Positions 1-9,465 are shown, numbered from the stretch's first letter. The stretch is 64,000 nucleotides of DNA from an uncultured delta proteobacterium (GCA_963840855.1 CAWJBB010000021.1:64001-128000), one strand, 5' to 3'. Notes: generated by a model not told the origin, from the sequence alone. Numbers and translations: made by a program.

Positions 1-346
1 CCGTCTCTTCGGCCTTTTTGCGGCAGGCGCGACAGATCGGCTGATAGGGATTGTCGTTGATTTCACAACCCGCCACGATGGGGATGCGCTCGTCTAACAG
101 ACTGACAAGCCCGCGAATAATGCGCGACTTGGCTTGGCCGCGCTCGCCTAGAAAAACCATGTGATGACCGGATAGAATCGCATTTTCGATTTCCGGAATG
201 ACTGTATCGTTGTAACCGATGATGCCCGGCAATATCCGATTGCCGCTTTCCAAGTGTTGCACTAAATTTTTCCGCATCTCGTCGCGCACAGATAAGACTG
301 CGATGCCGCTTTTTTTAAGTTCCCCCAGTGTTTTTGCTTCGCTCAC
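1..346 (-). CDS. AAA+ ATPase, magnesium-chelatase-subunit-I-like family (5' part only; runs off the window)
   Basis: Hand translation from GTG at 346, GGAGG upstream: MSEAKTLGELKKSG...LPGIIGYNDTVIPEIENAILSGHHMVFLGERGQAKSRIIR...GCEINDNPYQPIC, with a Walker-A-like GERGQAKS. Not in the ORF track. Confidence 0.75.
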   Translation of the reverse strand, partial: MSEAKTLGELKKSGIAVLSVRDEMRKNLVQHLESGNRILPGIIGYNDTVIPEIENAILSGHHMVFLGERGQAKSRIIRGLVSLLDERIPIVAGCEINDNPYQPICRACRKKAEET

Positions 347-436
347 GTGATTCGGCCTCCCTAATCGTTAATATGATTGCTGCCCAATGTCGTGTCTCAG
401 AAATCTGATTTCGCAACTCACTTCTGTTTGATAGCA

Positions 437-928
437 TTACTCCGCCAGGCTCTCAAAATGCGGTTTCAAGCGGTCGTAGCTGTCGAGCAGATGCTGGGGC
501 ATGACGCGTGTCTCGCCTACGACCGGCATGAAGTTCGTGTCCCCTTCCCAACGCGGCACCAAGTGCCAATGCAAATGATCTTCCACACCGGCCCCCGCGC
601 ACTTGCCAAGATTCATGCCGAGGTTGATTCCGCCCGGATTGAGAACGGCGCGGACGATAGCCACCGAACGGCGCAGCGTTTCCTGCAGGTCGGTATGCTC
701 GTTCTGGGGCAAATCATCAAGTTTGTTTTCATGTCGCTTGGGCGCCAGCAGGAGATGGCCGTTGTTGTAAGGGTATTTATTGAGCATGACCAGCGAATGT
801 TTAGTTTGGGTCAAGACCAAGGTCTCGCGCGGCTGTTCTTGAAGGTTTTTTGCACAAAAGATGCAACCTCCGACTTTGCCGCCCTGGTCGATATAGACCA
901 TTCTCCAGGGGGCCCAGAGTTGCTTCAC
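437..928 (-). CDS. HIT family nucleotide hydrolase / Ap4A phosphorylase-like protein
   Basis: LWAPWR N-terminus, CIFC, NKYPYNNGHL, histidine triad HLHWHLVPR. Confidence 0.9.
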   Translation of the reverse strand: MKQLWAPWRMVYIDQGGKVGGCIFCAKNLQEQPRETLVLTQTKHSLVMLNKYPYNNGHLLLAPKRHENKLDDLPQNEHTDLQETLRRSVAIVRAVLNPGGINLGMNLGKCAGAGVEDHLHWHLVPRWEGDTNFMPVVGETRVMPQHLLDSYDRLKPHFESLAE

Positions 929-1248
929 GCCCCGGCTCCGTCGTCATCCATGTCTTCGGCATCGTAGGGTTTGCCATCGACCCGCAGGCGCAGCTCCTTA
1001 CCGACTTTGAAAAACGGCACGCGCTTGGCTGCCACCGATACCAGCTCGCCGCTCTTGGGGTTGCGCCCCTGGCGCGCGCGGCGGTGCTTTACCACGAAAC
1101 TGCCGAAGCCGCGAATCTCAATGCGGTCGCCTTGCGCCAGTGATTCCACCATGGAGTCGAAGATCGCATTGATGATCACTTCCGAGTCTCTTCGCGAGAG
1201 ATGCGGAAAGCGCTTGTTCACTTCGTCGATCAAGTCTCTTTTTGTCAT
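925..1248 (-). CDS. ihfB: Integration host factor beta subunit (HU/IHF family)
   Basis: MTKRDLI...DRIEIRGFGSF...GRNPKSGE...PFFKVGKELR. Start reset to ATG 1248 after GAGGGG; downstream of rpsA-sppA. Confidence 0.88.
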   Translation of the reverse strand: MTKRDLIDEVNKRFPHLSRRDSEVIINAIFDSMVESLAQGDRIEIRGFGSFVVKHRRARQGRNPKSGELVSVAAKRVPFFKVGKELRLRVDGKPYDAEDMDDDGAGA

Positions 1249-1321
1249 ATCATCCCCCTCACGCGCCGAAAAAGGCCATTTGTCTTTCTGCAGCGGGCCG
1301 CGCCTTGCGTCTGTTGAGCGG

Positions 1322-2221
1322 TCATGGGAGCAATGACGGCGACCATTCATAACGCAGCCAGCTGCTTTCGCGGCGTGGCATTCTAACACCAAATGCTCCG
1401 AAGAATATTCTGTCCCACCAACTCTCCCGTTCGGCGCGCGAATAATAGACCGCCGGCCTGGTTTCTACCCCAGCCTGCTTGGCGGCGAGGTCGATGGCAT
1501 CCTCCAGCGTGCCGAACTGGTCGACCAAGCCGAGTTCTTTTGCCTGCGCGCCGGAATAAACGCGTCCATCGGATAGTTTTCGGACGGCCGCCTCGTCCAT
1601 GTCGCGGCCTTTGGCCACCGCGCTGACGAATTGGCCGTGGACATTGTCCACCAGCGACTGCAAAATCGCCCGCCCCTCCGCGGACAGCGGTTGAAATGGC
1701 GAACCTATGTCTTTGTTGTCGCCGCTTTTGACGTTGTAACCCTTAACACCGATCTTTTTCATGAGATCTTCGACGTTGCCGAGCTGCATGATCACGCCGA
1801 TGGAGCCGGTCAAGGTGCCGGGATTGGCGACGATCTTATCGCAGGCACTGGCAATATAATAACCGCCTGAGGTCGCCATGCCGCCCATGGAGGCGATGAT
1901 CGGCTTGCTGGCTTTGGCCTTGCGGATTTCCGCGAAGATTTCCTGGGTCGGTGCCACGGCGCCGCCCGGCGAGTCGATGCGCACCACCACCGCTTTGATC
2001 CACGGCGCTTCTTTAAATCGTTTGAGCTCGCCCAAGACTTGGCGGGAGTCATCAATGGCGCCGTCGATGAGCAGGACGCCGACGCCGTCGTCGGAGAGCA
2101 TGGATAGAACTTTAGACTCCCCGCCGGTTATGTAGGCGAAGAAAAACGCGCCGGTAAAGACCACCAGAATAAAGACCCCAAGCAGTCCTATTCCTTTCAA
2201 GACCGGATGGCGGCTAGACAT
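1322..2221 (-). CDS. sppA: Signal peptide peptidase SppA (S49, 36K type)
   Basis: N-terminal TM segment, RIDSPGG, ATSGGYYIA, TGSIGV, DGRVYSG. Confidence 0.92.
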   Translation of the reverse strand: MSSRHPVLKGIGLLGVFILVVFTGAFFFAYITGGESKVLSMLSDDGVGVLLIDGAIDDSRQVLGELKRFKEAPWIKAVVVRIDSPGGAVAPTQEIFAEIRKAKASKPIIASMGGMATSGGYYIASACDKIVANPGTLTGSIGVIMQLGNVEDLMKKIGVKGYNVKSGDNKDIGSPFQPLSAEGRAILQSLVDNVHGQFVSAVAKGRDMDEAAVRKLSDGRVYSGAQAKELGLVDQFGTLEDAIDLAAKQAGVETRPAVYYSRAERESWWDRIFFGAFGVRMPRRESSWLRYEWSPSLLP

Positions 2222-2259
2222 GAGGGCGGCTCTCGCTGGTCATTCTGCTCACAGGTTTC

Positions 2260-3999
2260 TCACTTGTCCTTGCGGCGGCCGGTCCCTTCCTCGTCCCGGT
2301 CCAACCTTAGCTCGTCGTTCAGCAGGGACTCGAAGGAGAACCTACCACCTTCTTTTTCTTTCTTGAGATAGTTCTCCATCTCCTGGCGCTCTTCCGACCG
2401 GCGCAGTGCCTTGACGCTGAGTCCGATTTTTTTCTCGTGGGTATCGATATTAATGACTTCCGCCTCAACCTCGTCCCCCGGTTTATAAAGGCTCGATGGC
2501 TTGTCAATCCGCTCGGTGCTGAGCTGGGATACATGAATCAATCCCTCAATGCCTTCTTCGATGCGCACGAAAACACCGAAATCGGGGACGCTGGTCACCT
2601 GCCCCTTGACTCTCGACCCCACCGGGTACCGTTCGGCGACGACTTGCCAGGGATCGGGGTTCATCTGTTTGATGCCGAGAGAGAATCTGGCGGTTTCGAC
2701 ATTGACACCCAACACTTTGGCTTCGACGACGTCGCCCTTTTTGTAAAGTTCCGAAGGATGTTTGATTTTCTTGGTCCAGTGTATATCCGAGATATGGACC
2801 AGCCCGTCGATGCCTTCTTCGATACCGACGAAAATACCGAAGTCGGTCACATTGCGCACCGGGCCTTTAACGACGCTCCCCACCGGATACTTCCCCTTGG
2901 CTTCTTCCCACGGATTGACCATGACCTGTTTAAGCCCGAGAGAGATGCGCCGGTGTCCTGGATCGATATTGAGCACGACCACCTCGACGCCCTGTCCAAT
3001 CTGAAGAAGCTTTGACGGGTGGGCAATTTTTCTGGTCCACGACATCTCGGAGATATGAATGAGTCCCTCGATGCCGCTTTCCAGCTCGACGAAAGCGCCG
3101 TAGTCCATAAGGCTGATGACCTTGCCTTGAACACGGGCGCCCACGGGGTATTTTTCCGTCACCGTATGCCAGGGATCGGGAGTCAACTGTTTCATGCCAA
3201 GAGAGATTCTTTCTTTCTCGTTGTCGAATTTCAGCACCACGACCTTGACCTTATCGCCCACCTGGACGATCTCCGACGGGTGGGCAATACGGCCCCAGGA
3301 CATGTCGCTGATATGGAGGATGCCATCAATGCCTCCCAGGTCGACGAACGCACCGTATCCCGTGATGTTTTTTACCGTGCCTTCAAGGATCACGCCTTCT
3401 TCGATCACCTTGAGAACTTCGTGTTTGAGAACATCCCGCTCCTTTTCCAGGAGCGTGCGGCGGGATACCACCACGTTGCCGCGCGCGCGATTGAACTTCA
3501 CAACTTCGAAACGGTCCTTGGTGCCGATAAACTTGTCTAGATTTCGGCTTGGCCGGATCTCCACATGGGATCCGGGGAGGAATGCCGGCACGCCGACATC
3601 GACTTTGAAGCCGCCCTTAACCTTGCCGACAATCGCCCCCTCGACGGCGCGCCCCTCGTTGAACGCCTTTTCAAGATCCTCCCAGACTTTTATGCTTTCG
3701 GCGCGCTGCCGCGACAAGACGATGCCGCCATTTTCCCCTTCGGACGAAGCGAAATAAACATCGACTTCGTCGTCTACTTTGATCTGGAGATTACCTTGCC
3801 GGTCGCTGAACTCCTGAACCGGAATTTGTCCTTCGGACTTGTAGCCGACGTCGATCAAGACATGGGTTGCCGTGATCCCCACCACCCGCCCCTTGACGAT
3901 GCCTCCCGGTTTTACCGTGCGCAGGCTTTCCTCGAATAGCGTCTCGAACTCGTTAAGGCCTCCCGCGTCGGCGCCTTTGTTTGCATCATTTTCCGCCAT
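2260..3999 (-). CDS. rpsA: 30S ribosomal protein S1
   Basis: Six S1 repeats (YGAFVDLGGIDGILHISDMSW, FGIFVGIEEGIDGLVHISD). Start reset to ATG 3999. Confidence 0.97.
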   Translation of the reverse strand: MAENDANKGADAGGLNEFETLFEESLRTVKPGGIVKGRVVGITATHVLIDVGYKSEGQIPVQEFSDRQGNLQIKVDDEVDVYFASSEGENGGIVLSRQRAESIKVWEDLEKAFNEGRAVEGAIVGKVKGGFKVDVGVPAFLPGSHVEIRPSRNLDKFIGTKDRFEVVKFNRARGNVVVSRRTLLEKERDVLKHEVLKVIEEGVILEGTVKNITGYGAFVDLGGIDGILHISDMSWGRIAHPSEIVQVGDKVKVVVLKFDNEKERISLGMKQLTPDPWHTVTEKYPVGARVQGKVISLMDYGAFVELESGIEGLIHISEMSWTRKIAHPSKLLQIGQGVEVVVLNIDPGHRRISLGLKQVMVNPWEEAKGKYPVGSVVKGPVRNVTDFGIFVGIEEGIDGLVHISDIHWTKKIKHPSELYKKGDVVEAKVLGVNVETARFSLGIKQMNPDPWQVVAERYPVGSRVKGQVTSVPDFGVFVRIEEGIEGLIHVSQLSTERIDKPSSLYKPGDEVEAEVINIDTHEKKIGLSVKALRRSEERQEMENYLKKEKEGGRFSFESLLNDELRLDRDEEGTGRRKDK

Positions 4000-4004
4000 G
4001 AGCC

Positions 4005-4706
4005 CTAGCTCCGATCTTCTTGGTTTACTGAATTCTGAGTTAGTCGCGATCGTATCAAATCCATGACGCGCTCGGCCACCGCATCCGCCGTGAGCGTGGA
4101 GGTATCGATCGCCACGGCATCCTCCGCCTTGCACAGCGGCGCCAGATCGCGCCCGCTGTCGCGCTGGTCGCGCTCCTTAATTTCGCGCACCGTCGTCTCT
4201 AACGAGACTTGCCGCCCGCCGCCGAGCAGTTCCTCGTAGCGGCGCCGCGCCCGCTCATCGAGCGATGCGTCGAGATAAATTTTAATTTCCGCGCCTGGAA
4301 AAATCACCGTGCCGATGTCGCGCCCTTCGGCGACGATATGGCCTTTCCCGCCCGCCGCGCGTTGCAGCTCCAACATTCTCTGGCGCACAGTCCTTTGTGT
4401 CGAAACCTTGGATGCCATCTGGCTTACTTCCGGCGTGCGAATCAAGTCCGCGACATCCACGCCATCGAGCATCACGCTCAACCGCCCGGCGTTTTCATTC
4501 AGGCCGATTTCAGTTTCGCGCACCAGCGCCGCCAATCCTGGTTCGTCACCCAGGTCTAGCCGTTGCCGCAACACTTTCAGCGCCAGCGCCCGGTACATGG
4601 CGCCAGTGTCCAAGTAGGTAAAACCAAGTTCTTTGGCCAATCGTTTCGCCAACGTGCTTTTTCCCGCTCCCGACGGTCCGTCAATTGCGACAATCACATC
4701 GTTCAT
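4005..4706 (-). CDS. cmk: Cytidylate kinase
   Basis: IDGPSGAGKST, YLDTGAMYR, EGRDIGTVIFP, RDQRDSGR. Confidence 0.97.
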   Translation of the reverse strand: MNDVIVAIDGPSGAGKSTLAKRLAKELGFTYLDTGAMYRALALKVLRQRLDLGDEPGLAALVRETEIGLNENAGRLSVMLDGVDVADLIRTPEVSQMASKVSTQRTVRQRMLELQRAAGGKGHIVAEGRDIGTVIFPGAEIKIYLDASLDERARRRYEELLGGGRQVSLETTVREIKERDQRDSGRDLAPLCKAEDAVAIDTSTLTADAVAERVMDLIRSRLTQNSVNQEDRS

Positions 4707-4744
4707 CCCAAACTGCCCCTCAGCAGCAGTTCGCGTGCTTCGAT

Positions 4745-4860
4745 CCTTCGGTTTAGCTCAGTATAGCACGAACGGCAAATAACCAATGATTTCATCCACT
4801 GCGCCGTTCGCCCGGAGGCTCTGGAAGGGTGAACCGAGGGTTTTTTCAGCAGCCCGCTAG
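4745..4860. repeat. Degenerate palindromic REP/MITE-like element
   Basis: CGAACGGC (4769-4776) pairs with GCCGTTCG (4803-4810) and CCTTC with GAAGG. It ends TTTTTTCAGCAGCCCGCTAG, whose reverse complement matches 44118-44137 at 16/20. Confidence 0.5.
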
Positions 4861-4887
4861 TGGAGCGACTATCCTCTGTCTTGCGTC

Positions 4888-6174
4888 TCATTGCAACCGC
4901 ATTTGGTCCATTAAGTCAAAGAACGTCGGGAACGAAATATCGGCGCAGCGGGCGTCGTCGATCTCGATCGCGCCGTCGCTAGAAAGCGCGGCGACGGCGA
5001 ACGACATGGCCACACGGTGATCGGCGAAACTGCGCACCGCGGCGCCACGCAAACAGCCGCCGCCGTAAATGGTCATGCCATCTTCCCGCTCCTCTACTTT
5101 AACGCCAAGGCGCCGCAGCCCCTCGGTCATGGCCGCGATGCGGTCCGACTCCTTGTAGCGCAGTTCTTTAACGCCTGAGAACGTCGTCACCCCGCCGGCC
5201 AAGGCCGCCGCAACCGACAGCACCGGATATTCATCGATGGTGCGGGCCGCCAGCTCCGGTTCCACCTCGACGCCGCGCAGCGCGCCGCCGCGCGCGCGTA
5301 TATCCGCCACGCGTTCGCCCGCTTCGCTGCGCTCATTCATTAATTCGATGGCAGCGCCCATGCGCTTTAGAACTTCAATGATCCCATCGCGGGTGGGATT
5401 GCAACCCACGTTGCGAATCGCGATATCCGAACCCGGCACCGTCGCGGCCGCCACCAGGAAGAAAGCCGCTGACGATATGTCGCCGGGAATGCGCACGTTC
5501 TGAGCCACGAGGCTCTGTCCGCCATCCAACGTGACGACGTTTCCCTGCGCGCTGAGACGGCAGCCGAAGCCGGCGAGCATCACTTCGGTGTGGTCGCGGG
5601 ATTTGATCGGTTCTACTACAGTCGTTGTGCCCGAAGCTTGCAGTGCCGCCAGTAGGATCGCCGACTTTACCTGTGCGCTGGCGATGGGCATAGGGTAGTG
5701 GATGCCGTGCAGCCCGCCGCCTTGAATTTCCAGCGGCGCCAGGCCATTGTCCGCAGCGCTCCCAATATTCGCGCCCATGAGACGCAAGGGATCGATGATT
5801 CTTTGCATCGGCCGCTGGCGCAACGAGCCGTCGCCGTCCAGCCTGCTGAGAAACGGCCGACCGGCCAGCGCGCCGGACATGAGTCGCATAGTGGTGCCGG
5901 AGTTACCGCAGTCGATGACCGCCGCCGGCGCTTGAAGTCCGTCCCATCCCTTGCCTTCGACGCAGAGCGCTTCCCCGGAACGAAAAATTTCCACGCCCAA
6001 CTGGCGAAACGCTCTGACGGTACGCGAGTTGTCATCGCCGCCGGAAAGATTGGAAATACGGCTCTGGCCCTGGGCCACGCTCGCCAGCATTACCGCTCGG
6101 TGGGCGATGGACTTGTCTCCGGGAACGACGATTTCTCCGCAGAGCGGTTTCTTAACGGGTTCAATCCTTTTCAT
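4888..6174 (-). CDS. aroA: 3-phosphoshikimate 1-carboxyvinyltransferase (EPSP synthase, class II)
   Basis: PGDKSIAHR, DCGNSGTTMRL, RPMQR, SAQVKSA, KESDRI, DHRVAMS. Start is ATG 6174 or 6195. Confidence 0.97.
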   Translation of the reverse strand: MKRIEPVKKPLCGEIVVPGDKSIAHRAVMLASVAQGQSRISNLSGGDDNSRTVRAFRQLGVEIFRSGEALCVEGKGWDGLQAPAAVIDCGNSGTTMRLMSGALAGRPFLSRLDGDGSLRQRPMQRIIDPLRLMGANIGSAADNGLAPLEIQGGGLHGIHYPMPIASAQVKSAILLAALQASGTTTVVEPIKSRDHTEVMLAGFGCRLSAQGNVVTLDGGQSLVAQNVRIPGDISSAAFFLVAAATVPGSDIAIRNVGCNPTRDGIIEVLKRMGAAIELMNERSEAGERVADIRARGGALRGVEVEPELAARTIDEYPVLSVAAALAGGVTTFSGVKELRYKESDRIAAMTEGLRRLGVKVEEREDGMTIYGGGCLRGAAVRSFADHRVAMSFAVAALSSDGAIEIDDARCADISFPTFFDLMDQMRLQ

Positions 6175-6240
6175 ACGACCATTTTGATTATTCATTGTCC
6201 GGTGAAGACCACGACAAACGAACTGCCGAGTAAATCCTGC

Positions 6241-6305
6241 TTGAACCGGGCTCAAAGCATTCCAAACGTTTTGAGCGACTTGAACGGCTTGAACGATTTG
6301 AACCC
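6241..6305. repeat. 9-bp-period TTGAAC tandem array in the tyrA-aroA spacer
   Basis: TTTTGAGCG ACTTGAACG GCTTGAACG ATTTGAACC. Confidence 0.7.
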
Positions 6306-6312
6306 TTCGATT

Positions 6313-7167
6313 TCATCCCAGTTGCTCTCGCACTTCATTGGCGTTGGCGAATTCCCGGTCGAGGGCGCGCCCGTTGCCGCCATCGACCCAACGCTTCATC
6401 CGTTCGAGGTTGCGGATGTAGGTGCCCAGCGATCTGGATACGGCGCGACGGTTAAGCAGACAGATGTCGCGCCAAAGCTCCGGCCGGCTCGACGCAATCC
6501 GGGTGATGTCTTTAAAACCGCCGGCGCAAAAACGTTTCAAATCAACTCCATCTAATTTGGTCTGATCCAGGGCATTGACCAGCGCAAAGGCGGCCATGTG
6601 GGGCAGATGGCTGACCACACCCAGGATATGGTCATGCCGGTTGGCATTGATGATTTCCACGTAGGCTCCGACACGACGCCAGAGCAGCACCATCTTTTTC
6701 AACGCCGCGCGATTGGTTTTTCGCGTCGGCGTCAAGACGCAAAGCCGCCCCATGAAAAGATTTTCGCGAGCGGCTTCGGCGCCCCACTGCTCGCTGCCCG
6801 CGATCGGATGGGCGCCGACAAAGTGAATGCCCGCGGGCAGGAGCCTTTCCATACCGCGCACGATTTGCCCTTTCACGCTGCCAACGTCGCTCACGATGCA
6901 GCCGCGCTTGAGCCGCGGCAAAAATGCCTCGGTCAATGGCACGATGGTTTGCACGGGCGTCCCCAGCATCAGAAAGTCGGTGTCGGCGGGAATTTCTTCT
7001 TCTCTCACGAAATAGCCGTCGATGATGCGCTTTCTTCGCGCGATTTTTAGATTAGCTTCCGTGCGACCATAGCCGACGATTTCTTTGACCAGACCGCGCC
7101 GGCGCATGTCCAGCGCCAGCGAGCCACCGATCAGCCCCACGCCCGCCACTACCATTTTTTGAAACAT
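6313..7167 (-). CDS. tyrA: Prephenate/arogenate dehydrogenase
   Basis: GVGLIGGS Rossmann motif, SDVGSVK, HPIAGSE, SHLPH, DITRIASS. Start reset to ATG 7167. Confidence 0.95.
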   Translation of the reverse strand: MFQKMVVAGVGLIGGSLALDMRRRGLVKEIVGYGRTEANLKIARRKRIIDGYFVREEEIPADTDFLMLGTPVQTIVPLTEAFLPRLKRGCIVSDVGSVKGQIVRGMERLLPAGIHFVGAHPIAGSEQWGAEAARENLFMGRLCVLTPTRKTNRAALKKMVLLWRRVGAYVEIINANRHDHILGVVSHLPHMAAFALVNALDQTKLDGVDLKRFCAGGFKDITRIASSRPELWRDICLLNRRAVSRSLGTYIRNLERMKRWVDGGNGRALDREFANANEVREQLG

Positions 7168-7195
7168 GTTTGCTTGCAAATCCTTCGAAAAAATA

Positions 7196-7287
7196 CCGTT
7201 CAAGGTTCAAGGGTTCAAAAGTTCAAGGGTTATTCCGAATCCGATTTTCCGGAAACTTTGAACTTTGAACATTGAACCTTGAACCGG
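7196..7287. repeat. Inverted heptamer-array hairpin: (GTTCAAn)4 - spacer - (nTTGAAC)4
   Basis: CCGTTCAAGGTTCAAGGGTTCAAAAGTTCAAGG ... CTTTGAACTTTGAACATTGAACCTTGAACCGG; close relative at 17631-17719. Confidence 0.85.
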
Positions 7288-7294
7288 CATGTAA

Positions 7295-8392
7295 TCATGC
7301 CGTCCTCATGATGCGGGCCAGCGCTTCGATGAAGCGGCGGTTCTCTTCCATCGTCCCCACGGTGACGCGTACGTACTCTGGAAACTCATATGCGCCCATC
7401 GGCCGCACGATCACGGCCTGGGAAAGCAAACGCTGGAACACTTCGTTGCCGTTGCCGACGCGCACCAGAACGAAATTCCCGTGGCTTGGCACATAGGGCA
7501 AGCCAAGCCTGCTCATCTCCGAGTTGAGAAACTCCATACCCTGGCGATTAGCTTCGAGGCTTCTGCGCGCATGCTCTTTGTCATCCAGCGCGGCAAGCGC
7601 CGCCCACTGGGCCACGGCATTGATGTTGAATGGCTGGCGCACGCGCTGCATCAAGGCAATGACATCTCTGGAGGCCAGCCCGTAGCCGATCCGTAGCGCG
7701 GCCAATCCGTAGAGCTTGGAAAAAGTCCTGAGGGTGATAATCGTCTTGCCCCGGTCATGGTAGCGGAGCGAGTCCGGATATTCCGGGTCTCCAACATATT
7801 CAAAATAGGCCTCGTCGGCGATGATCAAGACTTCTTCGGGCAGCCGGTCCAAAAAACGTTCCCATTCGGCGCGCCGGTATATGGTGCCGGTCGGGTTGTT
7901 TGGGTTGGCGAGAAAAACGATTCTGGTCTTGGGCGACACCGCATTCGCGATAGCATCCAGATCATGGGTAAAGTTCCGCAGCGGAATTTCCTTGGCCACT
8001 CCGCCCACCGCTTGAACAATGAGCTTATAGACGATGAACGCCTGGCGGGCCATCACCGCTTCATCGCCCACGCGCATGAACGTCCGCGCCGCCAGCTCGA
8101 TGATTTCGTTGGAGCCGTTGCCGAAGATAATCTCGTCCGGCGCCACGCCAAGTCTTTTTGCCAGACTGTTTTTCAAATAGAAACAGTCGCCATCCGGGTA
8201 AAGATGCAGCTGGCCGAGGTTGGCGCGGATCGCTTCGAGCGCCCTCGGCGCTGGCCCGAGGGGATTTTCATTGGAGGCCAACTTAACCGAGTTGGCGATG
8301 CCGTATTCCCGCTCCACCTCTTCGATTGGCTTGCCCGGCGCGTAGGGAACGAGCGTGCGGATATATTCCGGTACCTGATCGATGGGTTTCAT
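7295..8392 (-). CDS. hisC: Histidinol-phosphate aminotransferase
   Basis: KLASNENPLG, GNGSNEII, NPNNPTG, DEAYFEY, PLP lysine motif RTFSKLYGLAALRIGY. Confidence 0.96.
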   Translation of the reverse strand: MKPIDQVPEYIRTLVPYAPGKPIEEVEREYGIANSVKLASNENPLGPAPRALEAIRANLGQLHLYPDGDCFYLKNSLAKRLGVAPDEIIFGNGSNEIIELAARTFMRVGDEAVMARQAFIVYKLIVQAVGGVAKEIPLRNFTHDLDAIANAVSPKTRIVFLANPNNPTGTIYRRAEWERFLDRLPEEVLIIADEAYFEYVGDPEYPDSLRYHDRGKTIITLRTFSKLYGLAALRIGYGLASRDVIALMQRVRQPFNINAVAQWAALAALDDKEHARRSLEANRQGMEFLNSEMSRLGLPYVPSHGNFVLVRVGNGNEVFQRLLSQAVIVRPMGAYEFPEYVRVTVGTMEENRRFIEALARIMRTA

Positions 8393-9465
8393 GCGCCGCT
8401 CGGATATGATCCTAGAATTTTAAAAAACACACAGTGCCGCTCCAGTTGGCCGATGGCACTTTTCACCCGCGGCTCGTTCCTGTGTCCCTTCAGATCGAGA
8501 AAAAACATATACTCCCAAGGCTTGTTCTTGATCGGCCGCGATTCGATCTTGCTTAAATTGATCCGGCGGTTGGCAAAGGGCCGCAGCATGCGGTGCAAAA
8601 TCCCCGGCTCGTCTTTGACGGAAAAGGCCAGCGAAGTCTTATCGCGCCGGGACGGCTTTGCTTCTTGGTCGCCGATCACCAAAAAGCGCGTGATGTTTTG
8701 GCTCTGGTCTTCGATGTTAGCCGCGACTATTTTTAAATCGTAAATCTCCGCCGCCAAGCTGCTGGAAACCGCCCCGATGGAACCGTTTTGCGCCGCCGCC
8801 GAGGCGGCATGGGACGTGCTCGGCACCTCTTCCAATTCCACTTTCGGAAAATGGCGGCTGAGCCAACCGCGGCATTGCGCCAGCGCCTGGGGATGGGAGA
8901 CGATTTTTGTAATTTCGCCAGCGCGGCCACCTCGTGACAGGAGATTGTGATGGATACCCAGAAAACTTTCGGCGCAAATCTGCAACTGCGAATCCACTAG
9001 CAAGTCCAGCGTATAGGCCACCACTCCCTCGGTTGAGTTCTCGATGGGCACGACGCCGAAAGCAACCCGCCCGCGCGCTACATCCTGAAAAACTTCCGCG
9101 ATGCTGGCGGTGGGCAGGAGCACCGCCGTGGCGCCGAATTTTCGCCGCGCGGCCAGATGCGAATAGCTCGCTTCGGCGCCGAAGAACGCGACCTTCAACG
9201 GCGCTTCGAGACTGCGGCAAGCCGCAATGACTTCCCGGAAAACGGATTGAACGGCTGGTGCTGGAAGCGGACCGCGGTTGAGCTTGGAAACTCTCTGGAG
9301 GATTTCCTGCTCGCGGCTGGGGACGTAGATTTCTTGGTTGGTTAGCCTTTTGTGATGGCCAATTCGCTGCGCCAGAGAAGCCCTGTCGTTCAGCAGCCTT
9401 ACTATTTTTTCATCAGCTTGATCGATCTTTTTTCTAAGAGCATCGACCGACTCAATACGGTTCAA
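8389..9465 (-). CDS. pheA: Chorismate mutase / prephenate dehydratase (P-protein)
   Basis: CM domain LRKKIDQAD...REQEIL, then PIENSTEG, SHPQALAQC, NITRFLVI and ACT-domain KIESRP. Confidence 0.96.
   Translation of the reverse strand: MNRIESVDALRKKIDQADEKIVRLLNDRASLAQRIGHHKRLTNQEIYVPSREQEILQRVSKLNRGPLPAPAVQSVFREVIAACRSLEAPLKVAFFGAEASYSHLAARRKFGATAVLLPTASIAEVFQDVARGRVAFGVVPIENSTEGVVAYTLDLLVDSQLQICAESFLGIHHNLLSRGGRAGEITKIVSHPQALAQCRGWLSRHFPKVELEEVPSTSHAASAAAQNGSIGAVSSSLAAEIYDLKIVAANIEDQSQNITRFLVIGDQEAKPSRRDKTSLAFSVKDEPGILHRMLRPFANRRINLSKIESRPIKNKPWEYMFFLDLKGHRNEPRVKSAIGQLERHCVFFKILGSYPSGA

Noticed and set aside
4703-4891. 62-aa ORF spanning the aroA-cmk spacer
   Set aside because: It overlaps both neighbours neatly but runs through the palindromic repeat remnant and has no recognisable features; not excluded, but unsupported.
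7196-7287. CRISPR array or LexA boxes in the GTTCAA/TTGAAC repeats
   Set aside because: Units are 7-9 bp with no unique spacers and no cas genes nearby. The spacing fits neither GAAC-N4-GTTC nor GTTC-N7-GTTC, and most sites are not upstream of SOS genes.
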